Origin: an uncultured Thermoleophilia bacterium
Lineage (GTDB): Bacteria > Actinomycetota > Thermoleophilia > UBA2241
Assembly (NCBI GenBank): GCA_963702475.1
Contig: CAVPCT010000003.1
Span: 672,001 to 736,000, forward strand
Length of the DNA stretch: 64,000 nucleotides
Reading direction: 5' to 3'
The position numbers and the translations under genes were made by a program. A model generated the notes under the pieces. That model did not search any database. It worked only from the letters and a program-made list of their open reading frames with translations, and was not told the origin of the DNA. Position 1 is the stretch's first letter. Every line of letters starts with the position of its first letter. This document shows, one piece after another, positions 8,872 through 17,767 of the stretch.

Positions 8872-10059
8872 ATGGGGTCCGACCACGATGCATACTTCGA
8901 GGAGGTCGAGGCGCGCTTCGAACGCGCCCTCGACTTCGACCTCGGTCTGGAGGAGGAGTTCCAGGTCCTTGACCGGGAGACTCTCGCGCTGACCCCCGGA
9001 TTCGAGGCGCTTCGCGACTCCGCTCCGGAGCGCCTGCGCGGCCGCATCGCCGGCGAGCTGCTCACCTCTGAGATCGAGGTGTCCACGCCGCGCACGCTCC
9101 ACTTCGGCCAGGCCGCCAAGCAGCTGCTCCTCAACCGCACCGAGCTGTTCGCCCACGCGGAGAGCAGGGGCTTCGCCCTGGGCTCCACGGGAACGCACCC
9201 ATTCTCGGGCTGGAGGGACCAGGAGATCATCGACACCCCGCACTACCGTCTGGTCGAGGACCGCTTGAAGTACGTGGCCTGGCGTAACAACACGTGGGCC
9301 GCGCACGTGCACATCGGTGTGCGCGGCTGCGACCGCGCCATGGCCGTCTGCGACGCGCTGCGCACGTACCTGCCGCACATCCTCGCGCTGTCTGCCAACT
9401 CACCGTTCATAGAGGGCGTGTGGACGCAGCTCCAGTCGGTGCGCACGCAGACCTTCGTGCGCATGTTCCCGCGCTGCGGCATCCCAGACGTGTTCGGCTC
9501 GTGGGCGAGCTTCCGCTCCTTCTACGAGGAGCTCATCGACACCAACTGCATCCAGGAGTTCACGCAGGTGTGGTGGTCGGTGCGGCCGCACCACCGCTTC
9601 GGGACGGTGGAGATACGCATCTGTGACGCGCAGACCGAGGCGTGGCAGAGCCTCGCCATCTCGTCGCTCACGGTGGGCCTCGTGGCGCACCTCGCGCGCG
9701 TGTACGACGAGGGCATGCCTCTGCCGATCCTGCCGACGCGGTACGTGGAGGAGAATCTGTGGCGGGCCATCCGTTACGGCCTGGACGGTAGTCTGGTGGA
9801 CTGGGCCACCCACACAGAGATGCCGGCGGCCGACGCCATCCGGCATCTGGTCGAGCTCTGCGGGCCCTACGCCGCCGGCCTGGGGCTGACGCCGCACCTC
9901 GACGACGTTGAGCGCATGCTGCGCGAGGGCAACGGCGCCCAGCAGCAGGTGAAGGCTCACCTTGAAGGTCAGACTTTGGAGCAGGTGTTCGCCGGCACCG
10001 TGGAGAGAGCCCACCGGGTCTCCGAGTACGCGCCGGCTCCGACACGGGAGGAGAGATGA
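8872..10059 (+). CDS. YbdK-family carboxylate-amine ligase (glutamate--cysteine ligase 2)
   Basis: LGLEEEFQV, EIEVST, GTHPF, HVHIG, ALSANSPF, WWSVRPHHRFGTVEIRICD, ENLWRAIRYG. Confidence 0.9.
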   Translation: MGSDHDAYFEEVEARFERALDFDLGLEEEFQVLDRETLALTPGFEALRDSAPERLRGRIAGELLTSEIEVSTPRTLHFGQAAKQLLLNRTELFAHAESRGFALGSTGTHPFSGWRDQEIIDTPHYRLVEDRLKYVAWRNNTWAAHVHIGVRGCDRAMAVCDALRTYLPHILALSANSPFIEGVWTQLQSVRTQTFVRMFPRCGIPDVFGSWASFRSFYEELIDTNCIQEFTQVWWSVRPHHRFGTVEIRICDAQTEAWQSLAISSLTVGLVAHLARVYDEGMPLPILPTRYVEENLWRAIRYGLDGSLVDWATHTEMPAADAIRHLVELCGPYAAGLGLTPHLDDVERMLREGNGAQQQVKAHLEGQTLEQVFAGTVERAHRVSEYAPAPTREER

Positions 10060-10665
10060 GCGAGGGCGACGAACGTGGCCGCGTGCTGACCGACGAGGAG
10101 CGCGCCCGCGCCGTGCGCGAGCAGCTCAAGAGCCTGCACGCATTCGACCTTGCCTACGAGATGATGGTCAGCCTGGTGAGCTTCGGGTACCAGAAGCTCG
10201 GCCTGACGGGGGAGACGGCCGAGCTCCGCGACCTCGACGACGCGCACTACGCGATCGAGTTGCTCGGGGCCGTCCTCAAGGTGTCCGAGCGCGAGCACCC
10301 CGTGTCGGACCTGCGCGACCTGCACTCGACGCTCGCGCAGATGCAGCTCGGGTACGTGCAGGCCCTCGAGCTCGAGGGCCGCCGGCCGGAGGCGCCGGCG
10401 GAGGCCGGGCCGGCGCCCGAGCCGCCCGCGGCCGAGGAGGCGCCGGCGGCTGCGCCGCGCCCGCCCGCCGCCCCGGAGACGCCGTCCGAGGCGGAGGCCG
10501 CCGCCGCGCACCAGGACACGCCGGACGAGGTCGAGGGGCACTTGGCGGCCGACGAGGCCGTGGAGCATGCCGTCGCCGAGAAGCCGGCTCGCGCGGCCCG
10601 AAAGCCGGCCGCGAAGAAGCGCGGCGCGCAAGAAGCCCGCGTCAAAGGCGGGCGACGAGGGCTGA
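10056..10665 (+). CDS. DUF1844-like protein with Ala/Pro/Lys-rich tail; probable +1 frameshift near 10620
   Basis: MVSLV..GYQKLG....DLDDAHYAIELL...LAQMQLGYV pattern. Removing one base gives the tail KKAARKKPASKAGDEG* ending at 10665; as read, the ORF runs to 10808. Confidence 0.6.
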
Positions 10666-10744
10666 ACCGGCCCGCGGGTCTGCCGGGTGAACGGACCGGT
10701 CACCCGCCGGGCGCGCCGGGGGCCGTCGCCCGGGCGCCCGTCGC

Positions 10745-11584
10745 TCAGCTGCCTGAGGTCTCCGCTCGCTGCGGCGGCGGCGCCTTGATCCGGCAGAGGT
10801 CCTCGTAGAGCGCGGGATGGCGGTCGCGGAAGTACCTGTGACCGCCGCCGCCGGTGTCGCCGGCTCGGACCTCGTCGACGAGGGTTGGGTCGAGGTCGGC
10901 CACCAGCAGGTGGTCGCCGTCGCCCGCCTCCGCGATCACGGTGCCGCGCGGGTCCACGATGCGGCTGAGACCCAGGTAGGCGCCGCGCTGCCCCGGACCC
11001 GCCGTGTCGGCCGCGGCCAGATAGCACCCGTTCTCGAGTGCGCGCGCGACCGTGACGGTGCGCCAGATGTGCTCGCGCGCCGCGCCGAAGGCGGCCGGCG
11101 CGAGCAGCAGGCGCGCACCGCGCAGGGCCAGCACGCGGGAGATCTCGGGGAAGCCGAGCTCGTAGCAGACGAGCACGCCGGACGGCCACTCGGCCAGCGA
11201 GCCCGTCCAGAAGTCATGGCCGGCGGCGAACCACTGCTCCTCGACCTGGAAGAGGTGGGTCTTGCCGACGACCGCCGGCTCCTGTCCTGGGCGCAGCACG
11301 GCGACGGCGTTCAGGATGGACTCGCCGCGCAGGTACGGCAGCCCGAGCACGGCGCTCACGCCAAGCTCGTCGACCGCGGCCTGCAGGCGCGGCAGGGCGT
11401 GCGGTACCTGCCGCGCCTTGAGGGCGAGCTGCGGGTCGAGCACGTAGCCGCCGAGGTACAGCTCGGGGAAGACCGCGAGGTCCGCGCCGCGGCCGGCGCA
11501 GTCCTGCAGGGTGCGCAGGCAGTGCGCGGTGCGGGCCGGCACCTCGGCCGGGACGTCGCGGACCTGGACGACGGCGAGGCGCAC
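10745..11584 (-). CDS. Carbon-nitrogen hydrolase (nitrilase family)
   Basis: E-K-C triad in VFPEL, GKTHLF and VCYEL; ARALEN. Confidence 0.88.
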   Translation of the reverse strand: MRLAVVQVRDVPAEVPARTAHCLRTLQDCAGRGADLAVFPELYLGGYVLDPQLALKARQVPHALPRLQAAVDELGVSAVLGLPYLRGESILNAVAVLRPGQEPAVVGKTHLFQVEEQWFAAGHDFWTGSLAEWPSGVLVCYELGFPEISRVLALRGARLLLAPAAFGAAREHIWRTVTVARALENGCYLAAADTAGPGQRGAYLGLSRIVDPRGTVIAEAGDGDHLLVADLDPTLVDEVRAGDTGGGGHRYFRDRHPALYEDLCRIKAPPPQRAETSGS

Positions 11585-11588
11585 GGCC

Positions 11589-12257
11589 TCAGAGCCCGGG
11601 CAGGTCCCAGAAGGCCCGCTCGTCCAGCGTGCCGCCGGGCTCGACGACGACGAACTCGTCGTCGTGGGGCCCGGCCACGAACTTCTCGAAGTACCGCATG
11701 GAGCCTGTGAGCTTCTGCAGCGGGAGCTCGTAGAAGCCGGCGACCTCGTCGAGGTAGGCCTGCTTGTCCTCGACGCCCGGCACGCCCGGTGTCTCGATGA
11801 CGGCCACGCGCGTGTAGTGCTGCATGATCATGTGAGCGACCATGGCGGCCTTCTCCTCACCGAACTTGGGGACGGTCTTCAGGTACTGCTTGTACGGGTC
11901 GTCGATGAAGTCGATCCACCCGCGCGTGTAGTAGTAGGTCCCCGGCTCGCGGCGGTGTTCGTCGAGATACGTTTGACGTGAACCGAGCACCAGGGAGATG
12001 CAGTCGTCCACGAGAGGGAGGACGAGGCGGTGTGGACCGGCGTGCAGACCGGTGCCGCCGTTGCTGCAACGGCCGCAGCAGAGCAGGATCTCGCGCTCGC
12101 CGTCGGTGGCGTCGATGCGGCCCTGGATGGCGGCGCGCATCTTGTCGGGGTAGTCGTGCAGCGCGCCCTCGAAGAAGTCGACCTCGTAGCCGGGGTTGAC
12201 CTTCTCGACTTCGTTGCGCAGCACCTCGCAGCTGATGATCTTGCGCGGTCTGTCCAT
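11589..12257 (-). CDS. DUF1638 domain protein (often linked to corrinoid methyltransferase systems)
   Basis: IISCEVL...LHDYP..MR...CGRCSNG...DDCISLVLGS...PGTYYYTRGW. Leaderless start TACCAT-N6-ATG. Confidence 0.8.
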   Translation of the reverse strand: MDRPRKIISCEVLRNEVEKVNPGYEVDFFEGALHDYPDKMRAAIQGRIDATDGEREILLCCGRCSNGGTGLHAGPHRLVLPLVDDCISLVLGSRQTYLDEHRREPGTYYYTRGWIDFIDDPYKQYLKTVPKFGEEKAAMVAHMIMQHYTRVAVIETPGVPGVEDKQAYLDEVAGFYELPLQKLTGSMRYFEKFVAGPHDDEFVVVEPGGTLDERAFWDLPGL

Positions 12258-12391
12258 GAGGTCATGGTAGCAGCCGCCGCTGTGCCCCGCCGCCCGGGCT
12301 GCGGTAGCATGGGCAGGCTTCATTGCACGACACGATGTCGCGCGCGAGGGGCGCAGCCGCTCGCGCGCGTGACTGACTCAGGAGGGATCCC

Positions 12392-13246
12392 GTGAGCGTG
12401 ACGAAGGTACTCGTGGCGGGCGCCGGACAGATGGGCGCCGGCATCGCCCAGGTCTCGGCGCTGGCCGGCCTCGACGTCGTGATGACCGACATCAGCGACG
12501 AGTTCGTGCAGCGCGGCTTCGCCGGCATCGAGAAGGGACTCGGCCGCATGGTCGAGAAGGGCAGGCTCGAGGCGGCCGACCGCGAAGCCGCTCTCGGCCG
12601 CATCACCTGCGCCACCGACATGGCCGCCGGCGCTGAAGCCGACCTCTTCGTGGAGGCGGCGCCGGAGGTCATGGACATCAAGGAGGGCCTGTTCAGGCGC
12701 GCCTCGGAGCTCCTGCGCGCGGACGCCGTCCTCGCCAGCAACACCTCCAGCCTGCCTGTCAGCAAGCTGGCGGCGTTCGTCACGGGGCCCGAGCGCTTCG
12801 TCGGCATCCACTTCTTCAACCCCGTGCCGATGATGGCACTCGTCGAGGTCGTCAAGGGCCAGCTGACGAGCGACGCCACGGTGGCCGCGGCCCGCGCCTA
12901 CGCCGAGGCCGTCGGCAAGACGCCGATCACGACCATCGACTCGCCCGGCTTCGTGGTGAACCGTGTTCTCTTCCCGATGATCAACGAGGCGGCGCACGCC
13001 TTCGAGGAGGGCGTGGCCAGCGCCGCCGACATCGACACCGGCATGAAGCTCGGCGCCAACTGGCCCATGGGGCCGCTGGCGCTGGCCGACCTGGTCGGCA
13101 TGGACACCACCAGCGCGATCCTCGAGACTCTCGAGCGCGAGCTGGGCGACCCCAAGTACCACCCCGCGAAGGTCATGTACGACCTCATGGAGCAGGGCAA
13201 GATGGGGCGCAAGTCGGGCGCCGGCTTCTACGACTACGGGAAGTGA
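12392..13246 (+). CDS. hbd: 3-hydroxybutyryl-CoA / 3-hydroxyacyl-CoA dehydrogenase
   Basis: GAGQMGAGIAQ, ASNTSSL, GIHFFNPVP, PGFVVNR, PMGPL, GRKSGAGFYDY. Confidence 0.9.
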   Translation: MSVTKVLVAGAGQMGAGIAQVSALAGLDVVMTDISDEFVQRGFAGIEKGLGRMVEKGRLEAADREAALGRITCATDMAAGAEADLFVEAAPEVMDIKEGLFRRASELLRADAVLASNTSSLPVSKLAAFVTGPERFVGIHFFNPVPMMALVEVVKGQLTSDATVAAARAYAEAVGKTPITTIDSPGFVVNRVLFPMINEAAHAFEEGVASAADIDTGMKLGANWPMGPLALADLVGMDTTSAILETLERELGDPKYHPAKVMYDLMEQGKMGRKSGAGFYDYGK

Positions 13247-13253
13247 CGGGGCC

Positions 13254-13781
13254 GTGAGCGAGGGTCGCGCAGGCTACGTGCAGGTCTACACCGGGGACGG
13301 CAAGGGAAAGACGACCGCCTCCCTGGGGCTCATCGTGCGGGCCCTCGGCCAGGGCCTGCGGCCGGCCGTGCTGCAGTTCATGAAGGGCGACCCCAGCTGG
13401 GGCGAGATCGTCACGCTCAGACGCCTCGACGTGCCGGTCGTGCAGTGCGGCCTGGACCACTGGGTGCTCCAGGGCAAGGTCACGGACGCGGACAGGGCCG
13501 CGGCGGCCGAAGGGTTGGCCCGCGGCCGGGCGCTGGTGGAGAGCGGCGACTACGACCTGGTCGTGCTCGACGAGCTCTGCACCGCCCTGTTCTTCGAGCT
13601 CGTCCGCATCGACGACGTGCTGGCGATGATCGCGGCGAAGCCGCCGGCCGTCGAACTGGTGATCACCGGCCGCCGCGCGCCGGAGGCGCTGATCGCGGCG
13701 GCCGACCTGGTGACGGAGATGCGGCCGCTGAAGCACTACTATGAGGCGGGCGTGCACGCGCGCCCCGGTATCGAGTACTAA
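13254..13781 (+). CDS. cobO: Cob(I)alamin adenosyltransferase CobO/BtuR
   Basis: YTGDGKGKTT, QFMKG, VLDE, ELVITGR, ADLVTEM, GIEY. Confidence 0.9.
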   Translation: MSEGRAGYVQVYTGDGKGKTTASLGLIVRALGQGLRPAVLQFMKGDPSWGEIVTLRRLDVPVVQCGLDHWVLQGKVTDADRAAAAEGLARGRALVESGDYDLVVLDELCTALFFELVRIDDVLAMIAAKPPAVELVITGRRAPEALIAAADLVTEMRPLKHYYEAGVHARPGIEY

Positions 13782-13871
13782 TGCCCGTAGGCGACGCAGG
13801 AGCCGTAGCGCTCGTGAGCGACTCGCGGCCCGCAGGGCCCAGCGCGAGGCGGACCAGCGAGGAGTGACGGC

Positions 13872-15191
13872 GTGACCCACACCCTCATCTACCCGCACAC
13901 CACGGTCCACAACGCCGCCGGGCACCTGGAGATCGGCGGCTGCGACGTGGTCGATCTGGCGCGCGAGTACGGCACGCCGCTGTTCATCTACGACGAGCAG
14001 TCGCTGCGCGACCAGTGCCGCGCCTACCACAAGGCGTTCGGCGCGCTCACCGACCTCTACGAGATCGTGTACGCCAGCAAAGCGTTCAGCTGCCGGTCGA
14101 TGTGCGAGCTCGTCGCCCAGGAGGGCCTCTCGTTGGACGTGGCCACCGGCGGCGAGCTGGCCGCGGCCCGCGCCGCCGGCTTCCCGCTCGAGCGCGTCTA
14201 CTTCCACGGCAACAACAAGTCGCCGGCGGAGATCGCTTTCGGGCTCGACCTGGGCATCGGCCACTTCGTCGTCGACTCCTTCGAGGAGATCGACCGGCTG
14301 GAGACGGCCGCGGCCGAGCGCGGCATGACGCAGCAGGTGCTGGTGCGCGTGACTCCGGGCGTGCGGCCCAACACGCACGACTTCATCCAGACCGGCCAGC
14401 AGGACAGCAAGTTCGGCTTCGGGCTGGCCGACGGCCGCGCCCACGAGGCGGTGCGGCGCCTGCACGACGCGCCGCACCTGGAGCTCGTCGGGGTGCACGC
14501 CCACATCGGCTCGCAGATCTTCGAGCTGGACTCGTACCGGCGCGAGGTCGAGGTGCTCTTCGTGGCCATCGACGACTGGCGCCGCGACTTCGGCTTCGCC
14601 TGTTGCGTGTTCAACATCGGCGGCGGCCTGGGCATCCGTTACACGGCCAGCGACCAGCCCAGCTCCATCGCGGAGTTCGCGGAGATCGCCGTGGGGGCCG
14701 TGCGCGACGGCGCCGCCCGCCACAGCATCGACATGCCCAAGCTCTTCGTGGAGCCGGGGCGCAGCATCGCCGGCAAGGCCTGTGTGACCGCCTATACGGT
14801 CGGCACCGTCAAGGAGATCCCCGGCGTGCGCACTTACGTGGCCGTGGACGGCGGCATGAGCGACAACCTGCGGCCGATGCTGTACGACTCGCGGTACGAG
14901 GCCATGCTGGCCAACAAGGCCACCGAGCAGGAGACCGCGGTGGTCACCGTCGCCGGCAAGCACTGCGAGTCCGGCGACGTGCTCATCCGCGACATCCACA
15001 TCGCGCCGCCCGAGCCTGGCGACATCCTCGTCACGCCGAGTACCGGCGCCTACGGGTACGCGATGGCCAACAACTACAACGCGCAGCCGCGCCCGGCCGT
15101 GATCATGGTGAACGGCGGCGAGGCGCGGGTGATCATCGAGCGCGAGACCTGGGACGACGTGCTGCGGCTGCAGCGGCCCCTCGGGCACTGA
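13872..15191 (+). CDS. lysA: Diaminopimelate decarboxylase
   Basis: YGTPL, YASKAF, FHGNNKS, HAHIGSQI, EPGRS, GKHCESGD, TGAYGYAMANNYN. Confidence 0.95.
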   Translation: MTHTLIYPHTTVHNAAGHLEIGGCDVVDLAREYGTPLFIYDEQSLRDQCRAYHKAFGALTDLYEIVYASKAFSCRSMCELVAQEGLSLDVATGGELAAARAAGFPLERVYFHGNNKSPAEIAFGLDLGIGHFVVDSFEEIDRLETAAAERGMTQQVLVRVTPGVRPNTHDFIQTGQQDSKFGFGLADGRAHEAVRRLHDAPHLELVGVHAHIGSQIFELDSYRREVEVLFVAIDDWRRDFGFACCVFNIGGGLGIRYTASDQPSSIAEFAEIAVGAVRDGAARHSIDMPKLFVEPGRSIAGKACVTAYTVGTVKEIPGVRTYVAVDGGMSDNLRPMLYDSRYEAMLANKATEQETAVVTVAGKHCESGDVLIRDIHIAPPEPGDILVTPSTGAYGYAMANNYNAQPRPAVIMVNGGEARVIIERETWDDVLRLQRPLGH

Positions 15192-15217
15192 GCGTCCCCG
15201 TAGACCGGAGGGTGACA

Positions 15218-16495
15218 GTGGACAAGGTAGGGATCGGGCTCCTGGGCTACGGCACCGTGGGCTCGGGTGTGGGCAAGCTGCTCAAGCGCAACGCCGGCGA
15301 CGTCACGCTGGCCACGGGCAAGGAGGTCGAGCTGAAGAGGGTCCTGGAGAAGGACCCCGGCTTCAGTCACCCGGACCTCGACCCGGCCCTGCTCACCACG
15401 AGGGTCGAGGACATCCTCGACGACCCGGAGATCAGCGTCGTGGTGGAGCTCATCGGGGGGACGGGCGCGGCGCTCGACTTCCAGCTCCGCGCCCTCAAGG
15501 CCGGCAAGAACGTGGTGACGGCCAACAAGCAGCTGCTGGCGCAGCACGGCGCCGAGCTGTTCGCCGCCGCGGAGCAGACCGGCGTGCATCTGCGCTTCGA
15601 GGCCAGCGCCGTCGGCGCGGTGCCCGTCGTCAAGGTCCTGCGCGAGTCGCTGGTGGCGGCAGAGGTCAGGACGATCTTCGGCATCGTCAACGGCACCACC
15701 AACTACATGCTCAGCGCGATGGCCGAGACCGGGGCCGACTACGCCGACGTGCTCAAGGAGGCCCAGCGCCTGGGCTACGCCGAGACCGACCCCACCGAGG
15801 ACGTGGGCGGCAAGGACGCGGCTGCCAAGATGGCGATCCTCTCCTCCATCGGTTTCCACAGCCGCACGCGGCTGGACGACGTGCAGTACGAGGGCATCAC
15901 CGGCGTCACGGCCGCGGACATCGCCCACGGGCAGCGCCTCGGCCTGGTCGCCAAGCTGCTCGGTGTCGCCAAGCTCATCGACGGCGCCATGAACGTGCGC
16001 GTGTACCCGGCCTTCATCCCCAGGACGCACCCCCTCGCCGGTGTGGTCGGCGCCTACAACGCCGTGTTCCTGGAGAGCGATTCCTTCGACAAGATCATGC
16101 TGTTCGGCCCCGGCGCCGGCAGCGTGCCCACGGCCTCGGCCGTGATCGGCGACATCATCTCCGTGGTCAACACCGTGAAGGGCAGCTACGTGCAGAACTG
16201 CCTGTGCTACAAGGAGCGCAAGTTCTTCCCCGACGCCGACATGGAGTCCACGTTCTACTTGCGTCTGGCGGTGGCCGACAGGCCCGGCGTGCTGGCCAAG
16301 ATCGCCGCGCTGTTCGGCGACCACGGCGTGAGCATCGCCTCGCTCGTGCAGGAGGGTCGCGGCGACTCGGCCGAGCTCGTGCTGCTGTTGCACCCGGTGC
16401 GTGAAGCGCAGTTCTTCAGCGCCCTGGAGAAGATGAAGGCGCTGGCCGAGGTGCAGGGCGCCCCGGCCTACATCCGCGTGGAGGGGGAGGCATGA
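15218..16495 (+). CDS. hom: Homoserine dehydrogenase with C-terminal ACT domain
   Basis: GYGTVG, VVTANK, GIVNGTTNY, AQRLGYAETDPTEDV, GPGAG..PTASAV, DRPGVLAKI. Confidence 0.95.
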   Translation: MDKVGIGLLGYGTVGSGVGKLLKRNAGDVTLATGKEVELKRVLEKDPGFSHPDLDPALLTTRVEDILDDPEISVVVELIGGTGAALDFQLRALKAGKNVVTANKQLLAQHGAELFAAAEQTGVHLRFEASAVGAVPVVKVLRESLVAAEVRTIFGIVNGTTNYMLSAMAETGADYADVLKEAQRLGYAETDPTEDVGGKDAAAKMAILSSIGFHSRTRLDDVQYEGITGVTAADIAHGQRLGLVAKLLGVAKLIDGAMNVRVYPAFIPRTHPLAGVVGAYNAVFLESDSFDKIMLFGPGAGSVPTASAVIGDIISVVNTVKGSYVQNCLCYKERKFFPDADMESTFYLRLAVADRPGVLAKIAALFGDHGVSIASLVQEGRGDSAELVLLLHPVREAQFFSALEKMKALAEVQGAPAYIRVEGEA

Positions 16496-17754
16496 CCATG
16501 GACAAGGGACCCAAAGGCCGCATCGGCATCCTGACCGGCGGCGGCGACATCCCCGGTCTGAACCCGGCCATCCGCGGCGTCACGATGCGCGCCCTGCGTG
16601 AGGGCTTCGACGTGGTCGGCATCCGCCGCGGCTGGGCCGGCCTCGTCGACATCGACCGCGACGCGGGCGGCGAAGGAGCCGGGGGCGGAGAAGGAGCCGG
16701 GGGCGGAGAAGGAGCCGGGGGCGAAGGAGACCTCAGCCACTACTGCATCCCCCTCACCGAGGACGTGGTCGAGGCCAACGGCTACAAGGGCGGCACCTTC
16801 TTGCACTCCTCGCGCACCAAGCCGAGCGCGGTGCCGCTCAAGGACTTGCCCGCTCACCTCAAGGGCAAGTACACGGCCGAGAAGAACGACCTCACCGACG
16901 AGGTCGTCGCGAACCTGGAGTACCTTGGCATCGACTACCTGGTGCCCATGGGTGGCGACGACACACTGAGTTACGGCGTCGAGCTGGGACGGCGAGGCTT
17001 CCCCGTGGTCGCCGTCCCCAAGACGATGGACAACGACGTGCCCGGCACCGACTACTGCATGGGCTTCAGCACCTGCGTGTCGCGCACCATCGAGATGGCC
17101 CATCAGGTGACCAGCTCGGCCGCTTCGCACGAGCGTATCGTCGTGCTCGAGGTGTTCGGCCGCTACGCCGGCTTCACGGCGCTCCTGCCCACACTGGCCG
17201 GCGCCGCCGACCGCTGCCTGATCCCCGAGTACAAGTTCGACATGGAGCACCTCGCCGAACTGCTCGTGCACGACCGCAACAGCCACCCCGACCTCTACGC
17301 CGTGTGCATCGTGAGTGAGGGCGCCATGCCCGCGGGCGGCGACATGGTGTTCCAGGCGGGCGAGAAGGACCAGTTCGGTCACGCCAAGCTCGGCGGCATC
17401 GGCCAGAACGTGAGCAACAAGATCAAGGAGCTGGCGCCGAAGTACAACGGCGGCAAGAAGATCGACATGATCAGCATGAACCTCGGCTACCTGGTGCGGA
17501 GCGGCGCGCCGGACGCCGTGGACGCCATAGTGCCGACGGTGTACGGCAACCTCGCCGTGGACTGCATCCTCAAGGGCGAGACCGGCCGGATGGTCGGACT
17601 GCGCGGCGGCAAGTACGGGTCGGTGCCGATCGAGGAAGTGGTCGCGACCAAGAAGGTCGTGGACGTGGAGCGCTGCTACGACACCGACCGCTACCGGCCG
17701 CGCTACGACGGCCTCGACGGGCTGCCGATGCTGGTGCTCGGCGGGTCTGTGTGA
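16492..17754 (+). CDS. pfkA: 6-phosphofructokinase, probably PPi-dependent
   Basis: TGGGDIPGLN, GGTFLHSSR, GGDDT plus PKTMDND (Asp/Lys signature of PPi-PFKs), EVFGR, LGYLVRSG. Confidence 0.88.
   Translation: MTMDKGPKGRIGILTGGGDIPGLNPAIRGVTMRALREGFDVVGIRRGWAGLVDIDRDAGGEGAGGGEGAGGGEGAGGEGDLSHYCIPLTEDVVEANGYKGGTFLHSSRTKPSAVPLKDLPAHLKGKYTAEKNDLTDEVVANLEYLGIDYLVPMGGDDTLSYGVELGRRGFPVVAVPKTMDNDVPGTDYCMGFSTCVSRTIEMAHQVTSSAASHERIVVLEVFGRYAGFTALLPTLAGAADRCLIPEYKFDMEHLAELLVHDRNSHPDLYAVCIVSEGAMPAGGDMVFQAGEKDQFGHAKLGGIGQNVSNKIKELAPKYNGGKKIDMISMNLGYLVRSGAPDAVDAIVPTVYGNLAVDCILKGETGRMVGLRGGKYGSVPIEEVVATKKVVDVERCYDTDRYRPRYDGLDGLPMLVLGGSV
16672..16729 (+). repeat. 18-bp tandem repeat, about 3 copies, inside pfk (GGEGAG)n
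   Basis: gaaggagccgggggcgga repeated in frame. Confidence 0.9.
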
Positions 17755-17767
17755 CCGGGGCGGGCGC

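Noticed and set aside
13782-13871. Lysine riboswitch upstream of lysA
   Set aside because: Only about 90 bp and lacks L-box motifs; it may be a REP-like spacer.
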